DNA of 64,000 nt from Spirochaetia bacterium (GCA_017649605.1 JAGCGL010000049.1:11402-75401), one strand, 5' to 3'. Shown: positions 46,998 through 57,376, numbered from the stretch's first letter. A program made the numbers and translations. Notes: a model not told the origin generated them from the sequence alone.

Positions 46998-48116
46998 TTA
47001 TTCTACATAAATCCGCGGTACCCTTGGGTTGATGTTGCAAAGAAGCTCGTAGGAGATAGTATTGCAGATATCGGCAGCCTCAAAGGCATCCATCGCATTC
47101 TCGCCGGCACCGAAGAGGATTACCTCATCATCCGGCTTTACACCATTTGGGTTGGTACCCAGGTCCACCATGAACTGGTCCATGCAGACTCTTCCTGCCA
47201 GCGGATAGCATTTTCCATTTATACAGACACGCCCTTTGTTGGAGAGAAGCCGGTTATAGCCGTCGGCATACCCTGCCCCGATTACAGCTATTGTGGTATC
47301 CTCAGGAGCCTGCCAGGTAAAGCCATAGGAGACTTTCTCCCCTTTTCTTATATCCTTGACCTGGAGAACATGGGAAACAAAGTTCATCACCGGCTTAAGA
47401 TCCAGCTTTCCTTCGCATTCCCTGCTGGGAGGATAGCCATAGACCAGGATTCCGGGCCGCACCATATCGAACCAGGTCTCGGGGTACATAAGAATAGCCC
47501 CCGATGCGGCACAGTGGATGACTGGAATGTTTATCCCTGCCCCTTTTATGCTGTCTATTGCCCGCTTGAAGTTATCTATCTGCTTTCTGGTGTCCTGCAC
47601 ATCCACATCATCCAGCGTGTCAGAGACTGCAAAGTGGGTGCAGGCTCCGGCCAGCTCCAGATATGGGCTTGAATCGATGTAGCGGGCAAGAGGAAGGGCA
47701 TCCTCCCAGCGGCAGCCGGCACGGCTCATACCAGAATCGACCTTAAGGTGGACTTTAACTTTTTTACCACCCTTTTCTGCAGCCTTCTCCACAGCCTTGG
47801 CATATTCCAGGCAGGAGACAAAAGGCTGGATATCGTATTCCACAACAGCTGAAAGCCCTTCGGTTATACAGCCGCGGTATATAAGAATCGGAAGTTTGAC
47901 CCCAACCTTGCGGAGCCTGATTCCTTCGGATACATCGGCAATTCCCGCCGCATCCACCAGGCCGCTTTTCTCGGCGGCTTTGACAAGCACCACAGACCCG
48001 TGGCCATAGCAGTCGGCCTTGGCAGCCATACAGATCTTACGGCCAGTGACTCTTTTTATCTCCTCAAGGTTATGGAGGAAGTTTGAAACATTGATTTTTG
48101 CGTATGTTACAGGCAT
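46998..48116 (-). CDS. alr: Alanine racemase
   Basis: KADCYGHG, HLKVDSGMSR, VRPGI, GYADG and GRVCMDQ motifs. Confidence 0.96.
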   Translation of the reverse strand: MPVTYAKINVSNFLHNLEEIKRVTGRKICMAAKADCYGHGSVVLVKAAEKSGLVDAAGIADVSEGIRLRKVGVKLPILIYRGCITEGLSAVVEYDIQPFVSCLEYAKAVEKAAEKGGKKVKVHLKVDSGMSRAGCRWEDALPLARYIDSSPYLELAGACTHFAVSDTLDDVDVQDTRKQIDNFKRAIDSIKGAGINIPVIHCAASGAILMYPETWFDMVRPGILVYGYPPSRECEGKLDLKPVMNFVSHVLQVKDIRKGEKVSYGFTWQAPEDTTIAVIGAGYADGYNRLLSNKGRVCINGKCYPLAGRVCMDQFMVDLGTNPNGVKPDDEVILFGAGENAMDAFEAADICNTISYELLCNINPRVPRIYVE

Positions 48117-48128
48117 AGCTTTATTTTA

Positions 48129-49463
48129 TCAATCTGGAATTGATTTGTAAATCTTAAGAAAGTAAAAAATTGCCGCCGCCCCGGTTATTACCCAGGAGAA
48201 AATATAGAGAAGATACAGGGATTCTATAGTCTTGAAGAATGCAAAAACAGTGAATATCCAGATAAGCCTGAACACGCAGGATCCCATGATTATGATAAAG
48301 GATGGTACTAAAGTCTTCCCCAGTCCACGGGCCGCCGCCACAGAGCCGTCCATCAGGGCCGAGATACAGAAGGAGAAGGACATGATGAAAAGCTTTTTCA
48401 TACCGGCATCTATTACTGCGCTGTCGTTGGTGAATATACCTATAAGGGCCCTGCCGTTGGCGTAGAACAGGCCGCCGAGGAGCGCCCCTGCAAAGAAGGC
48501 AATGCCGGTGCTTATAAGGTAGGACTGGAATATCCGCTTTTTGTTCCCAGCACCGTAGTTCTGCCCCACAAATGTGGCTCCTGCTATGTAGAATGCGGCC
48601 ATGGTCTGGTACACCAGGATATCGAGCCTGTCCTCGGCGGCGACACCCGCAACTGTGATTGCGCTGAAGGAGTTGACACCCATCTGCACAAAGCTGTTGG
48701 CAAGGGCGAAGACAGAGTGCTGGAGCCCGGCAGGCAGCCCCACCTTAAGTATATGTATGGCACTCTTGCCGTTGAAGTACATCTGCGAAAACTTCACATC
48801 CAGCTGCGGGGTGCGCCGGAACACAGCATTCAGAACCAGCACCGCAGAGACCCCCTGGCTTAGCGAAGTGGCAAGGGCAACACCTGCTACCCCCATCCCG
48901 AATGCCACAATGAACAGGACATCCAGAGTCACATTTATGATTCCGGCCACCAGCAGGTATAAAAGAGGTCTGCGTGTGTCGCCTATGGCGTTTAAGACTG
49001 CGTTGCCGAAGTTGTACAGAGCCAGTGCCGGCAGCCCCATCATGCAGATGCAGAAATAGAGGACAGCGCTCTCCATAAGCTCAGGCTTGGTGTTCATGGC
49101 AGAGAGCACCGGGCGGCACAGGATTATGCCCAATGCCATAAGGACTATGCCAGAGGCAAGACATACAAAGAATGCGGTGTAGATAGTGGAGTTTCTTAGG
49201 TTATCCCGCTTGGCCCCCACATAGTAGGCTACTATGGCGTTCACACCGCTGGCTATTCCTATGAGCATACCTATGTAGAAGAAGATAGGTGTCGTGGTGC
49301 TTCCTACTGCCCCCAGGGCCGCAGCACCGGCAAAGCGCCCTGCCACCGCCACATCGGCAATGTTGAAAAGCACCTGCAGCATGTTGGTGAATATAAGAGG
49401 CAGACTGAATATTAAAATACCTTTATACAGAGACCCCTGGCAGGGATCCAGAGCTTTGCCCAT
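48129..49463 (-). CDS. MATE family efflux transporter
   Basis: LFNIAD, GDTRRPL, GVAGVALAT and GQNYGAG motifs. Confidence 0.92.
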   Translation of the reverse strand: MGKALDPCQGSLYKGILIFSLPLIFTNMLQVLFNIADVAVAGRFAGAAALGAVGSTTTPIFFYIGMLIGIASGVNAIVAYYVGAKRDNLRNSTIYTAFFVCLASGIVLMALGIILCRPVLSAMNTKPELMESAVLYFCICMMGLPALALYNFGNAVLNAIGDTRRPLLYLLVAGIINVTLDVLFIVAFGMGVAGVALATSLSQGVSAVLVLNAVFRRTPQLDVKFSQMYFNGKSAIHILKVGLPAGLQHSVFALANSFVQMGVNSFSAITVAGVAAEDRLDILVYQTMAAFYIAGATFVGQNYGAGNKKRIFQSYLISTGIAFFAGALLGGLFYANGRALIGIFTNDSAVIDAGMKKLFIMSFSFCISALMDGSVAAARGLGKTLVPSFIIIMGSCVFRLIWIFTVFAFFKTIESLYLLYIFSWVITGAAAIFYFLKIYKSIPD

Positions 49464-50021
49464 TTACTCTTCGGTTTCTCGCTTCTTCTTTGCAGCCTTC
49501 TTTGCCGCCTTGCGCTGCTCTTTCTCAAGCTTAGCCTTGGCCTTGGCCTCTTTTCGCCTTTCCTTGAACTCTGCCTCGGCAATCTTTTCCTTTGTAGTCT
49601 TCTTGTTGAACAGCCGCTTGAAGAAACCACCCTTCTCCCGTTCCTCGGCTATGTTCTCAAGCCCTTTGTTGGACATCAGAGCAGGCCAGGTTGGATAGTA
49701 TACAGCCTCATCAGTGTTATATTTATCAAGAATCCGGTTGAACCGTTCCTCGGCATCATCAAGCTTACGCTGCTTGAATTTTATGAATGCGATCTCGTAC
49801 TCTGCTTCGATAATCTTGTTCTTCATATCAGGATACCTGCGCATGAACTCCTCGTAGAACTGTATGGCCAGCTTGTACCGGTTCCAGTCTATAACTGCCT
49901 CCTGGGCCTTCTGGAAGAACTCCTCTGGAGTAAGATCCGGGTTGTTCAAGTCTTTCTTCAAGGAATGACATGAGGTGAACAAAAGTACTATCAGCATCAT
50001 AAAAAGTAAAATTCTTTTCAT
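49464..50021 (-). CDS. TPR-type lipoprotein (BamD-like)
   Basis: Lipobox LFTSC, TPR-like helices and a Lys/Ala-rich tail. Confidence 0.65.
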   Translation of the reverse strand: MKRILLFMMLIVLLFTSCHSLKKDLNNPDLTPEEFFQKAQEAVIDWNRYKLAIQFYEEFMRRYPDMKNKIIEAEYEIAFIKFKQRKLDDAEERFNRILDKYNTDEAVYYPTWPALMSNKGLENIAEEREKGGFFKRLFNKKTTKEKIAEAEFKERRKEAKAKAKLEKEQRKAAKKAAKKKRETEE

Positions 50022-50049
50022 ATTCTTACCATCTTTCATATAATCACAT

Positions 50050-50727
50050 TTAGAAGAAGTAGTAAACCTCCGGCTCAAACTCTTCTCTCTTCTCTGGCGG
50101 AGCAGTCATCTCCTCAAGATTGCCGGAGAAACTCTTAACCTTCCACTTACCGCCATCCTTGGCCATCACAAATTCGCATATACAGTCGCCGTTGCCCATA
50201 AAGCAGCGGGCTGTGACCTTGGTCTCTCCTCCGGTGGCAATGCTGTTTCCAACCCTTACCTCGGTGGGGAAAAACCTGGAGTTGTGCCACTCCTCAAAAA
50301 GCATGGTCAGCAGAGTACGGTTGTCCTCTGTAAAATAACCCGAAGGGCTTTTGGAAATTTTTCCAGCCCTGTAGTCATCGAAGAACAGAGCAACTGCTGT
50401 CTCGGCCGAATCGTTCTTAAGGCCAGAATCCACAATCTTGCCTATTATAAAGTCCTGCGGCACCACCGGATCAGCCTTTCCAGCCATAAGGAAACGCTTT
50501 TCGCTGTAATTCTCTATGGAAATAACATTCTGGTGGCTTTTCTTCTTGGTACGGGATGCAGTTATGCTCTTTTCTATGCTGTTGACACGATCCTGTTTCC
50601 TTTCCTGAACAGTACTCTCTTTGGTCTCCACAGCGCTCCCGTCAACACCCTTGGTACTGACAGCACGGTTTCCGTCGCAGGAGGCTATAAGGAGAATGAA
50701 AATCAGAAAAGACAACAGTTTTCTCAT
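50050..50727 (-). CDS. Hypothetical lipoprotein
   Basis: Lipobox LIASC; TGGTATATT 7 nt upstream of ATG 50727. Confidence 0.7.
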   Translation of the reverse strand: MRKLLSFLIFILLIASCDGNRAVSTKGVDGSAVETKESTVQERKQDRVNSIEKSITASRTKKKSHQNVISIENYSEKRFLMAGKADPVVPQDFIIGKIVDSGLKNDSAETAVALFFDDYRAGKISKSPSGYFTEDNRTLLTMLFEEWHNSRFFPTEVRVGNSIATGGETKVTARCFMGNGDCICEFVMAKDGGKWKVKSFSGNLEEMTAPPEKREEFEPEVYYFF

Positions 50728-50758
50728 TATATTAAATATACCATATAAATAAAACAAT

Positions 50759-50784
50759 GTCACCCTGAACTTGTTTCAGAGTCT
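50759..50784 (+). repeat. REP-like extragenic palindrome
   Basis: GTCACCCTGAACTTGTTTCAGAGTCT imperfect hairpin, single copy in this window. Confidence 0.5.
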
Positions 50785-50789
50785 GTGAG

Positions 50790-50818
50790 TTGACATTGCT
50801 CTTTTTGCGTGGGATAAT
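50790..50818 (+). promoter_or_regulatory. Sigma70 promoter of fba
   Basis: TTGACA-17-GATAAT with TGn extension. Confidence 0.75.
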
Positions 50819-50848
50819 AATAGAAACAAACAAATAGGAGCGTGCTAA

Positions 50849-51841
50849 ATGACAAGTTACAAAGAGCTTGGCTTGGTGAACACCAGAGAGATGTTCAAGA
50901 AAGCAGTTAAGGAAGCTTATGCAGTTCCTGCATACAACTTCAATAACCTTGAGCAGCTGCAGGCAATAATTCAGGCTTGTGTCGAGACAAAATCACCTGT
51001 AATCATCCAGGTTTCCTCCGGCGCAAGAAAATATGCCAATGCAAACCTTCTCAAGAACATGGCAAAGGGTGCTGTAGAGTATGCACACGAGCTGGGATAT
51101 AATATTCCGATCTGTCTGCACCTGGACCACGGCGACACATTCGAGCTTTGCAAGGACTGTATCGAGAAGGGATTCTCATCTGTAATGATCGACGGTTCAA
51201 GCAAATCATTCGAGGACAACATCGCAATCACAAAGCAGGTTGTAGACTATGCGCATCAGTATGATGTGACTGTAGAGGGAGAGCTGGGAGTTCTGGCCGG
51301 TGTAGAGGATGATGTCGCAGCAGAGAAATCACACTATACAAGACCTGAGGATGTAGAGGAGTTTGTAAAGCGGACAGGCGTTGATTCCCTGGCTATCTCC
51401 ATCGGAACATCCCACGGTGCCAACAAATTCCGCCCTGAGCAGTGCACACGGAACGCAGAAGGAATCCTTATTCCTCCTCCACTCCGCCACGACATTCTGG
51501 CCGAAATCGAGAAGAGAATCCCTGGATTCCCTATCGTTCTCCACGGCTCATCATCTGTTCCACAGGAATATGTGAAGATCATCAACACCTACGGCGGAAA
51601 GCTCAAGGACTCTGTAGGTATTCCTGAGTCTGAGCTTCAGAAGGCTGTAAAGTCTGCTGTATGCAAGGTAAACATCGACTCCGACGGAAGACTGGCTATG
51701 ACAGCTGCTATCAGGAAATACCTGGTGGACGATCCTGCAGCATTCGACCCAAGAAAGTATCTTGGCCCGGCACGGGAAGAGCTTAAGAAGCTGTATATGC
51801 ACAAGAATATCAATGTTCTGTTCTCAGCCGGCAAGGCTTGA
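50849..51841 (+). CDS. fba: Class II fructose-1,6-bisphosphate aldolase
   Basis: HLDHG, SSVMIDGS, VEGELG, GTSHG, VLHGSS and KVNIDSD motifs. Confidence 0.96.
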   Translation: MTSYKELGLVNTREMFKKAVKEAYAVPAYNFNNLEQLQAIIQACVETKSPVIIQVSSGARKYANANLLKNMAKGAVEYAHELGYNIPICLHLDHGDTFELCKDCIEKGFSSVMIDGSSKSFEDNIAITKQVVDYAHQYDVTVEGELGVLAGVEDDVAAEKSHYTRPEDVEEFVKRTGVDSLAISIGTSHGANKFRPEQCTRNAEGILIPPPLRHDILAEIEKRIPGFPIVLHGSSSVPQEYVKIINTYGGKLKDSVGIPESELQKAVKSAVCKVNIDSDGRLAMTAAIRKYLVDDPAAFDPRKYLGPAREELKKLYMHKNINVLFSAGKA

Positions 51842-51866
51842 TTCAGACAGTACGCAATGAAAGAAT

Positions 51867-51902
51867 AAAAAAGCCATCCTCCAGGGGATGGCTTTTCTTT
51901 TT
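51867..51902. terminator. Bidirectional intrinsic terminator
   Basis: AAAAAAGCCATCCT-cca-GGGGATGGCTTTTCTTTT between convergent genes. Confidence 0.85.
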
Positions 51903-51917
51903 ATGCAGGGCTTTCAG

Positions 51918-52658
51918 TTAAAGCACTGCTTTAAGGAACTGCTGGAGCCGTTCGCACTTAGGGTGCTCGAAGATCTCCTGTGGGGTCCCCTCCTCAGCTA
52001 TGACACCGCCATCTATAAAGAGGACACGGTCTGCCACTTCCCGGGCAAAACCCATCTCGTGGGTAACCACAGCCATGGTCATTCCAGCCTTGGCCAGATC
52101 CTTCATTACATTGAGAACCTCTCCTACCATCTCGGGGTCCAGTGCCGATGTAGGCTCGTCGAAGAGCATTACATCAGGATTCATTGCCAGTGACCGTACA
52201 ATAGCTATACGCTGCTTCTGGCCGCCCGAACAGGTTGAAGGATATTTATCCGCCTTGTCCTCAAGGCCGACTCTCTTAAGAAGATCGATGGCAATTTTCT
52301 TAGCCTCCTCCTCGCTCTTAAGATTCAGGGTCACCGGGGCAAGCATAAGATTCTGCAGGATTGTAAGGTGCGGGAACAGGTTGAAGTGCTGGAACACCAT
52401 TCCCATCTTCTGACGTGCCTTGTCCAGATCGGTCTTGGGGTCGGTCAGGTTGATTCCCTCGAAAGTTATACTTCCTCCGGTAGGAGTCTCCAGCATGTTA
52501 AGACACCGCAGGAATGTCGATTTACCGCATCCTGATGGGCCTATTATTACAATCTTTTCTCCCCGGCGGATATCCAGGCAGATATCCTCAAGTACATTGC
52601 GCCCGCCGTTGAAAGATTTCTGGAGGTGGCTGACTTTAATTAAAACTTCATCTGTCAC
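51918..52658 (-). CDS. Polar amino acid ABC transporter ATPase (GlnQ-like)
   Basis: [16 protein letters not shown] and [10 protein letters not shown] motifs; probable GTG start at 52658. Confidence 0.93.
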   Translation of the reverse strand: MTDEVLIKVSHLQKSFNGGRNVLEDICLDIRRGEKIVIIGPSGCGKSTFLRCLNMLETPTGGSITFEGINLTDPKTDLDKARQKMGMVFQHFNLFPHLTILQNLMLAPVTLNLKSEEEAKKIAIDLLKRVGLEDKADKYPSTCSGGQKQRIAIVRSLAMNPDVMLFDEPTSALDPEMVGEVLNVMKDLAKAGMTMAVVTHEMGFAREVADRVLFIDGGVIAEEGTPQEIFEHPKCERLQQFLKAVL

Positions 52659-53313
52659 TTCTGGCCATCCTTTTCTCGAACACATCAAATACCTTGGTAA
52701 GTCCCAGTGTCAGGATAAGGTAGATGATGGCACAGGTGAGAAGTGGAATCCACGCATTGTAGGTTGCGTTGCGGATCATGTCTCCGGCCTTGGTCATATC
52801 CATTACTGCGATAAAGCTGGCTACCGATGTCTCCTTGATAAGCACGATGAACTCGCTGGTATAGGTAGGGAGCACAGCTTTTACTGCCTGGGGCAGGATA
52901 ATCTTGAACAGGGTCTGCCGCTTGGAAAGTCCCAGCGAACGGCCTGCCTCGGTCTGTCCGATGTCCACCCCCTGGATACCGGCACGGAAAATCTCGGTGC
53001 AGTAGGCGCCGGAATTGAGGCCGTACGCAAGGATCGCAACCACAAGCTTTGGCAGGTGCAGCGGAGCAAACACAACAAAGTAGAAGATCATAAGCTGTGT
53101 AGCCAGCGGCAGGCCGCGGAGCACTGTGGTGTATAGGGTTCCTATTCCCTTAAGGATCCTGTTGTCTGAGATTTTCATCAGGGCCAGGATACAGCCCAGG
53201 ATTGTTCCTATGATAATAGCACAGACAGCAATAATCAGGGTAACGCCTAAGCCCTGGAGAATCAGGACATAGCGTTGCCCCGCTATCATTGTGTCATATA
53301 TGGAATGAAACAT
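52648..53313 (-). CDS. Polar amino acid ABC transporter permease
   Basis: [25 protein letters not shown] and KETS motifs. Confidence 0.93.
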   Translation of the reverse strand: MFHSIYDTMIAGQRYVLILQGLGVTLIIAVCAIIIGTILGCILALMKISDNRILKGIGTLYTTVLRGLPLATQLMIFYFVVFAPLHLPKLVVAILAYGLNSGAYCTEIFRAGIQGVDIGQTEAGRSLGLSKRQTLFKIILPQAVKAVLPTYTSEFIVLIKETSVASFIAVMDMTKAGDMIRNATYNAWIPLLTCAIIYLILTLGLTKVFDVFEKRMARSDR

Positions 53314-54098
53314 TACTTTCTGATGATGATGACCTGCTCAGAAGCATAGTATGGAACTGAGAAGTCAACATTTTTCTTTCTCTCTTCGGTGATAGACATA
53401 CCAGCTGCGATAAAGTCGATGGTGCCTGCCTGAAGTGCAGGGATAAGGCTGTCGAATGCCATATCAACCACTTCCAGCTTAACACCGGCTTTTGCTGCGA
53501 TATACTCACCCATGGAGATATCGAAACCTGCGATATTCTTGCCCTCTACATACTCGAATGGAGGGAATGCTGCGTTTGTTCCCAGCTTGATTGTGCCGGA
53601 CTTTGCATCGTTGGCAATTGCTGGAATGACAATCTTTCCATCCACTGGCATGAAAGCTGCAACCAGCTTCTCGTAACCGCCGTTGGCCTGGAGCTCTTTG
53701 ATTGTTGCATCAACAATGTCCAGAACTGCCTTGTTGCCTTTCTTTACTGCGATAGCATACTCTTCCTTGTTAGCGGAGAACTCTGCATCTCTTACAATTG
53801 CAAGCTCAGGGTTCTTGTCTACAATAGCCTGTGCTGGGAGCTCGTCGAGTACAACACAGTCGATTGCGCCGTTCTTAAGGTCAAGGGCTGCATCGATACC
53901 GCTCTTGAATGAATTGAGCTTAACGCCCTTTACATTGTCCTGAACCCAAGCCTCGCCTGTAGTTCCGGTCTGAACACCAATCTTAAGACCCTCAAGGTCT
54001 GCAATTCCGTTGATAACCTTTTTCTCTTTGCTTCCGCCGGCAAAACATACGCTTGCTGCAAGAAGAAGAATAAGAGCAAACATTAAAATCTTTTTCAT
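53313..54098 (-). CDS. Polar amino acid ABC substrate-binding protein, circularly permuted
   Basis: KIGVQTGTT block precedes the GTNAAFPPFEY...ITEERKKNVDFSVPYY block. Confidence 0.9.
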   Translation of the reverse strand: MKKILMFALILLLAASVCFAGGSKEKKVINGIADLEGLKIGVQTGTTGEAWVQDNVKGVKLNSFKSGIDAALDLKNGAIDCVVLDELPAQAIVDKNPELAIVRDAEFSANKEEYAIAVKKGNKAVLDIVDATIKELQANGGYEKLVAAFMPVDGKIVIPAIANDAKSGTIKLGTNAAFPPFEYVEGKNIAGFDISMGEYIAAKAGVKLEVVDMAFDSLIPALQAGTIDFIAAGMSITEERKKNVDFSVPYYASEQVIIIRK

Positions 54099-54149
54099 TT
54101 TTCTCTCCTAATTATGTGAAAATGTATCACAATATCTCTATTTATTCAA

Positions 54150-55118
54150 TTATATCTTTTTATACATATTCCAGGAAGTGGATATCAGGTTCTCCACGCT
54201 GCTGTGGAGTGCCTTCCATCCCAGAAGCTTATAAGCCTTGTCGGAGCTGGCCACAAGGTTTGCCGGATCTCCTGGCCGCCGGTCTACAAACTCAACCGGG
54301 AAGTCCACACCAGTTATCTCCTTGGCCTTATCGGCCATCTCCTTAACGCTCACACCAGTGCCTGTTCCCAGGTTCACAGTCAGGCTCTGCCTGTTCTTAA
54401 GCAGGTACTCGGCGGCCATAAGATGTCCGGTTGCCAGGTCGGTGACATGGATGTAGTCTCTTATGCAGGTGCCGTCTGGGGTCGGATAGTCGTTTCCGAA
54501 TATGGAGAGCTTCTTTCTGATTCCAGCAGCCGCCTCCATGATAATAGGAAGCAGGTTGGCCGGGTTCTTCTCAAGACCCTTTATGCGTCCCTCTGCATCG
54601 TAACCGGCAGCGTTGAAGTACCGGAGTGCTGCAAACTTAAGCCCCTTAAGCTTGTCGTACCAGATCAGGAAATCCTCTATAGCCAGCTTTGTGAAACCGT
54701 AGTAGTTGGCCGGGTTCTTCGGATGCTCCTCGTCTATAGGGAGGTAGGCAGGCTCTCCATACACAGCGGCGGAGGAGGAGAACACAATGTTCTCTATGCC
54801 AGCCTTAACTGCGCTGTTCAGAATATTTATAGTACCTGTTATGTTGTTAACCGAGTATTTTTCCGGGTTAACCATAGACTCTCCCGCCGCCTTGAATGCA
54901 GCCAGGTGGATGATCAGGTCGTAGCCGCCAGCCATGGCGCTGTCAAGCTCTGCAGGGTTAAGGATATCCCCTTTTATGAATTCCTCATCGGGAAAAATGT
55001 TGACCATCTGCCCGGTAGAGAGGTTGTCAAATACAGTGACCTTATAGCCGTTATCCAGAAAATGGCGGGCCACATGGGAGCCGATGTATCCTGCGCCGCC
55101 TATTATAAGTGCTTTCAT
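54150..55118 (-). CDS. galE: UDP-glucose 4-epimerase
   Basis: GGAGYIGSH, FSSSAAVYG, YGFTK, LRYFN and DGTCIRDYIHV motifs. Confidence 0.96.
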   Translation of the reverse strand: MKALIIGGAGYIGSHVARHFLDNGYKVTVFDNLSTGQMVNIFPDEEFIKGDILNPAELDSAMAGGYDLIIHLAAFKAAGESMVNPEKYSVNNITGTINILNSAVKAGIENIVFSSSAAVYGEPAYLPIDEEHPKNPANYYGFTKLAIEDFLIWYDKLKGLKFAALRYFNAAGYDAEGRIKGLEKNPANLLPIIMEAAAGIRKKLSIFGNDYPTPDGTCIRDYIHVTDLATGHLMAAEYLLKNRQSLTVNLGTGTGVSVKEMADKAKEITGVDFPVEFVDRRPGDPANLVASSDKAYKLLGWKALHSSVENLISTSWNMYKKI

Positions 55119-55129
55119 TCTTACTCCTG

Positions 55130-57376
55130 TCAGAAGAGGCTCTTGAGCCCTTTCTTCATCTCCTTCTGCATATCCTTTGATGCCTTATCAAGCTCTTTCT
55201 GTATATTCTGGGTCTGCTTGTCCACCTCTTTCTGTGCCTCTTTCTTTACAGCGTTAATCTGTTTTTCTGCTTCTTTCTTGAGCATCTTCTCAACTTCTTT
55301 CTGCAGCTTCTTCTGCTGGTTGTCCAGGTCTGCCACAAAGCCCTTGAGATCGCTTACATTGGTGAATACCACAGTCTTCATGCCTGTATACTTCTGAACC
55401 TGCTCCGAGAACTCGGTGGAAATCTTCTCAAGCTTGCTGTTGACCTCTTTCTCAAGCTTATTCTTGAGGCTGGTTATCTCCTGGTTCATGACAGTCTTAA
55501 GGCCTCTTGCAATCTGTCTGTCCACATCGGTCCTGAGGTCGAAGTCCAGCTTGTCCTCCTTGGAGTATGCGAAGTCGATGCCGAAGTCAACCTCGCTGAT
55601 TGTGGCCAGGACACGGGCATACAGGTCGTAGATGAAGTCCGGCTTGAAAGAGGAAGCTGTAATTGCAGCCGGATCTATCATAAGGTATGCCGATGTGCCG
55701 AATTTTTCGCTCTTATCGTAGAAGATATTTGCCTTTACCACAGCTTTTCCATCTATGACAGGCACTCCTTTAAGCTTTTTGGTGTTAGGCACCTGCAGTT
55801 TGATAGGATAGGTTTTTCCTACAAAGTTCACATCCACCATGTTCCCCTTTGGGTTGGTTCTGAAATCACCCAGGAAGTCCAGGGACTCGGTGTAGCCATC
55901 CCTGATAAGGTTTATATCGCCGGTGATAGGCTTATCCAGAAGGTCAGCATTATTACAGATGTTGAACACAGTCCCCTCGAGGGAGAATTTCTTGTCTGGC
56001 GAGTTGCCTCCCAGCTGTATCTCCCGGAGCAGGAAAGATGGCAGGTCTTTACGATAGGTGACATCGCGCCCCTTAAGGCGTACCACCAGTTTCTTCTGTT
56101 TTTTCTGTTTTTCAGGCAGCTTAGGCAGTGTCTTACCAGATGACTGGAAATCCTTGGCCATATCTATGCCGTCCTTGATATATGGATACCACTTGCCAAG
56201 AAGTGTGGCGAAGAAGGTGTCGAAACAGCTGGAGATAAAACGCTTGCCATCATCAATGTTAGGAACCTTGATAGATTTTATCCTGTTCTGGATATAGTCA
56301 GAGTCGTGCTTTACAGAGCTCTGGAACTTGTCAGCAAGTCCCTGCACCGCCTTGGTGTCCCGGACAAAGTGGTCAGATATCTCCTCGGCCCGCTTCTCCA
56401 TATCCTCGGCCTTTTTCTTGGTCGCGTTCACCTGTGTGATAAGATCCTGCAGCTCCTGAGGAGTATCGATCTTGCTCAGATCCATCTTGGTATATTTTTT
56501 TACCTCTTTGCCGAACTCCTTGATATCATTCTTGGTGGTATCAATCTCATCCTGCCAATTCTTGTAGATAGTGGTCATGTCAGATACAATCTCGTCCTTC
56601 ATGGCCGGAGTCTGCAGAGCATTCAGAGACTCCTCCAAGAATGTCTCGGGATCGTAGAAGCCCAGAATATCGGTTATCTCCTCCTGAGTCTGAGCAGCCA
56701 AGGCATCCAGAAGCTCCTGCTTCTTTTTCTCGAATGCCTCGTCCCGCTCCTTCTGCTTTTTCACTTTGGCCTTCAGCACCGCTTCGGGCAGGGCTCCAGA
56801 TGTCTTGCGGGGAGTGCCATAGGTTATGCCTGTGCACTGGGCCAGGTCCATGACAAATTTCCTTTTTAGAAGCTCGGTCAGGTTAAAGTCCACAGAGATG
56901 TTGCCTATCTCGAAGAGGTTTTCCATAGGCTTATCCTTGTTGGCCACAGCCACGCCGCGGATAGTGAGGCTTGAGTCGAATATCTTAAGGTTCACATAGT
57001 CTATGTCTGCCTTAGCCCAGAATATGTTCTCAAGGGCATACTGAAGTCCTCGCTTAACCAGTGGGTTCTTGTAGATGTTCACCAGTGTCACCATGGAGAC
57101 AATAAGGATTATGAGGGCAGCCAGCCAGATGATGTGGATACGCCCCTTCTGGCTCTTGATCTGAGCAGCCATATCCTTGAGCCGTTTAACCTCGTCCTTG
57201 TCAAAGGTGCGGTCTCCTGGAATCTGAAGAACCTTGTCATCCTGCTTGAAAAGCCCCTCTACATATTCCCGGTCGTCATCGATGTAGATGCGGGAAAGGA
57301 GCTTGCGCTTAAGGCTATTGGGGTTATATTTCTTTCTGAAGATTTTAGGAAGCTTGTCCCGGTTGAATTCAGCCAC
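55130..57376 (-). CDS. TIGR03545 family protein
   Basis: One TM, PMENLFE, GTPRKTSGAL and R..GRDV motifs, coiled coils; paired with TIGR03546. Confidence 0.8.
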   Translation of the reverse strand: MAEFNRDKLPKIFRKKYNPNSLKRKLLSRIYIDDDREYVEGLFKQDDKVLQIPGDRTFDKDEVKRLKDMAAQIKSQKGRIHIIWLAALIILIVSMVTLVNIYKNPLVKRGLQYALENIFWAKADIDYVNLKIFDSSLTIRGVAVANKDKPMENLFEIGNISVDFNLTELLKRKFVMDLAQCTGITYGTPRKTSGALPEAVLKAKVKKQKERDEAFEKKKQELLDALAAQTQEEITDILGFYDPETFLEESLNALQTPAMKDEIVSDMTTIYKNWQDEIDTTKNDIKEFGKEVKKYTKMDLSKIDTPQELQDLITQVNATKKKAEDMEKRAEEISDHFVRDTKAVQGLADKFQSSVKHDSDYIQNRIKSIKVPNIDDGKRFISSCFDTFFATLLGKWYPYIKDGIDMAKDFQSSGKTLPKLPEKQKKQKKLVVRLKGRDVTYRKDLPSFLLREIQLGGNSPDKKFSLEGTVFNICNNADLLDKPITGDINLIRDGYTESLDFLGDFRTNPKGNMVDVNFVGKTYPIKLQVPNTKKLKGVPVIDGKAVVKANIFYDKSEKFGTSAYLMIDPAAITASSFKPDFIYDLYARVLATISEVDFGIDFAYSKEDKLDFDLRTDVDRQIARGLKTVMNQEITSLKNKLEKEVNSKLEKISTEFSEQVQKYTGMKTVVFTNVSDLKGFVADLDNQQKKLQKEVEKMLKKEAEKQINAVKKEAQKEVDKQTQNIQKELDKASKDMQKEMKKGLKSLF

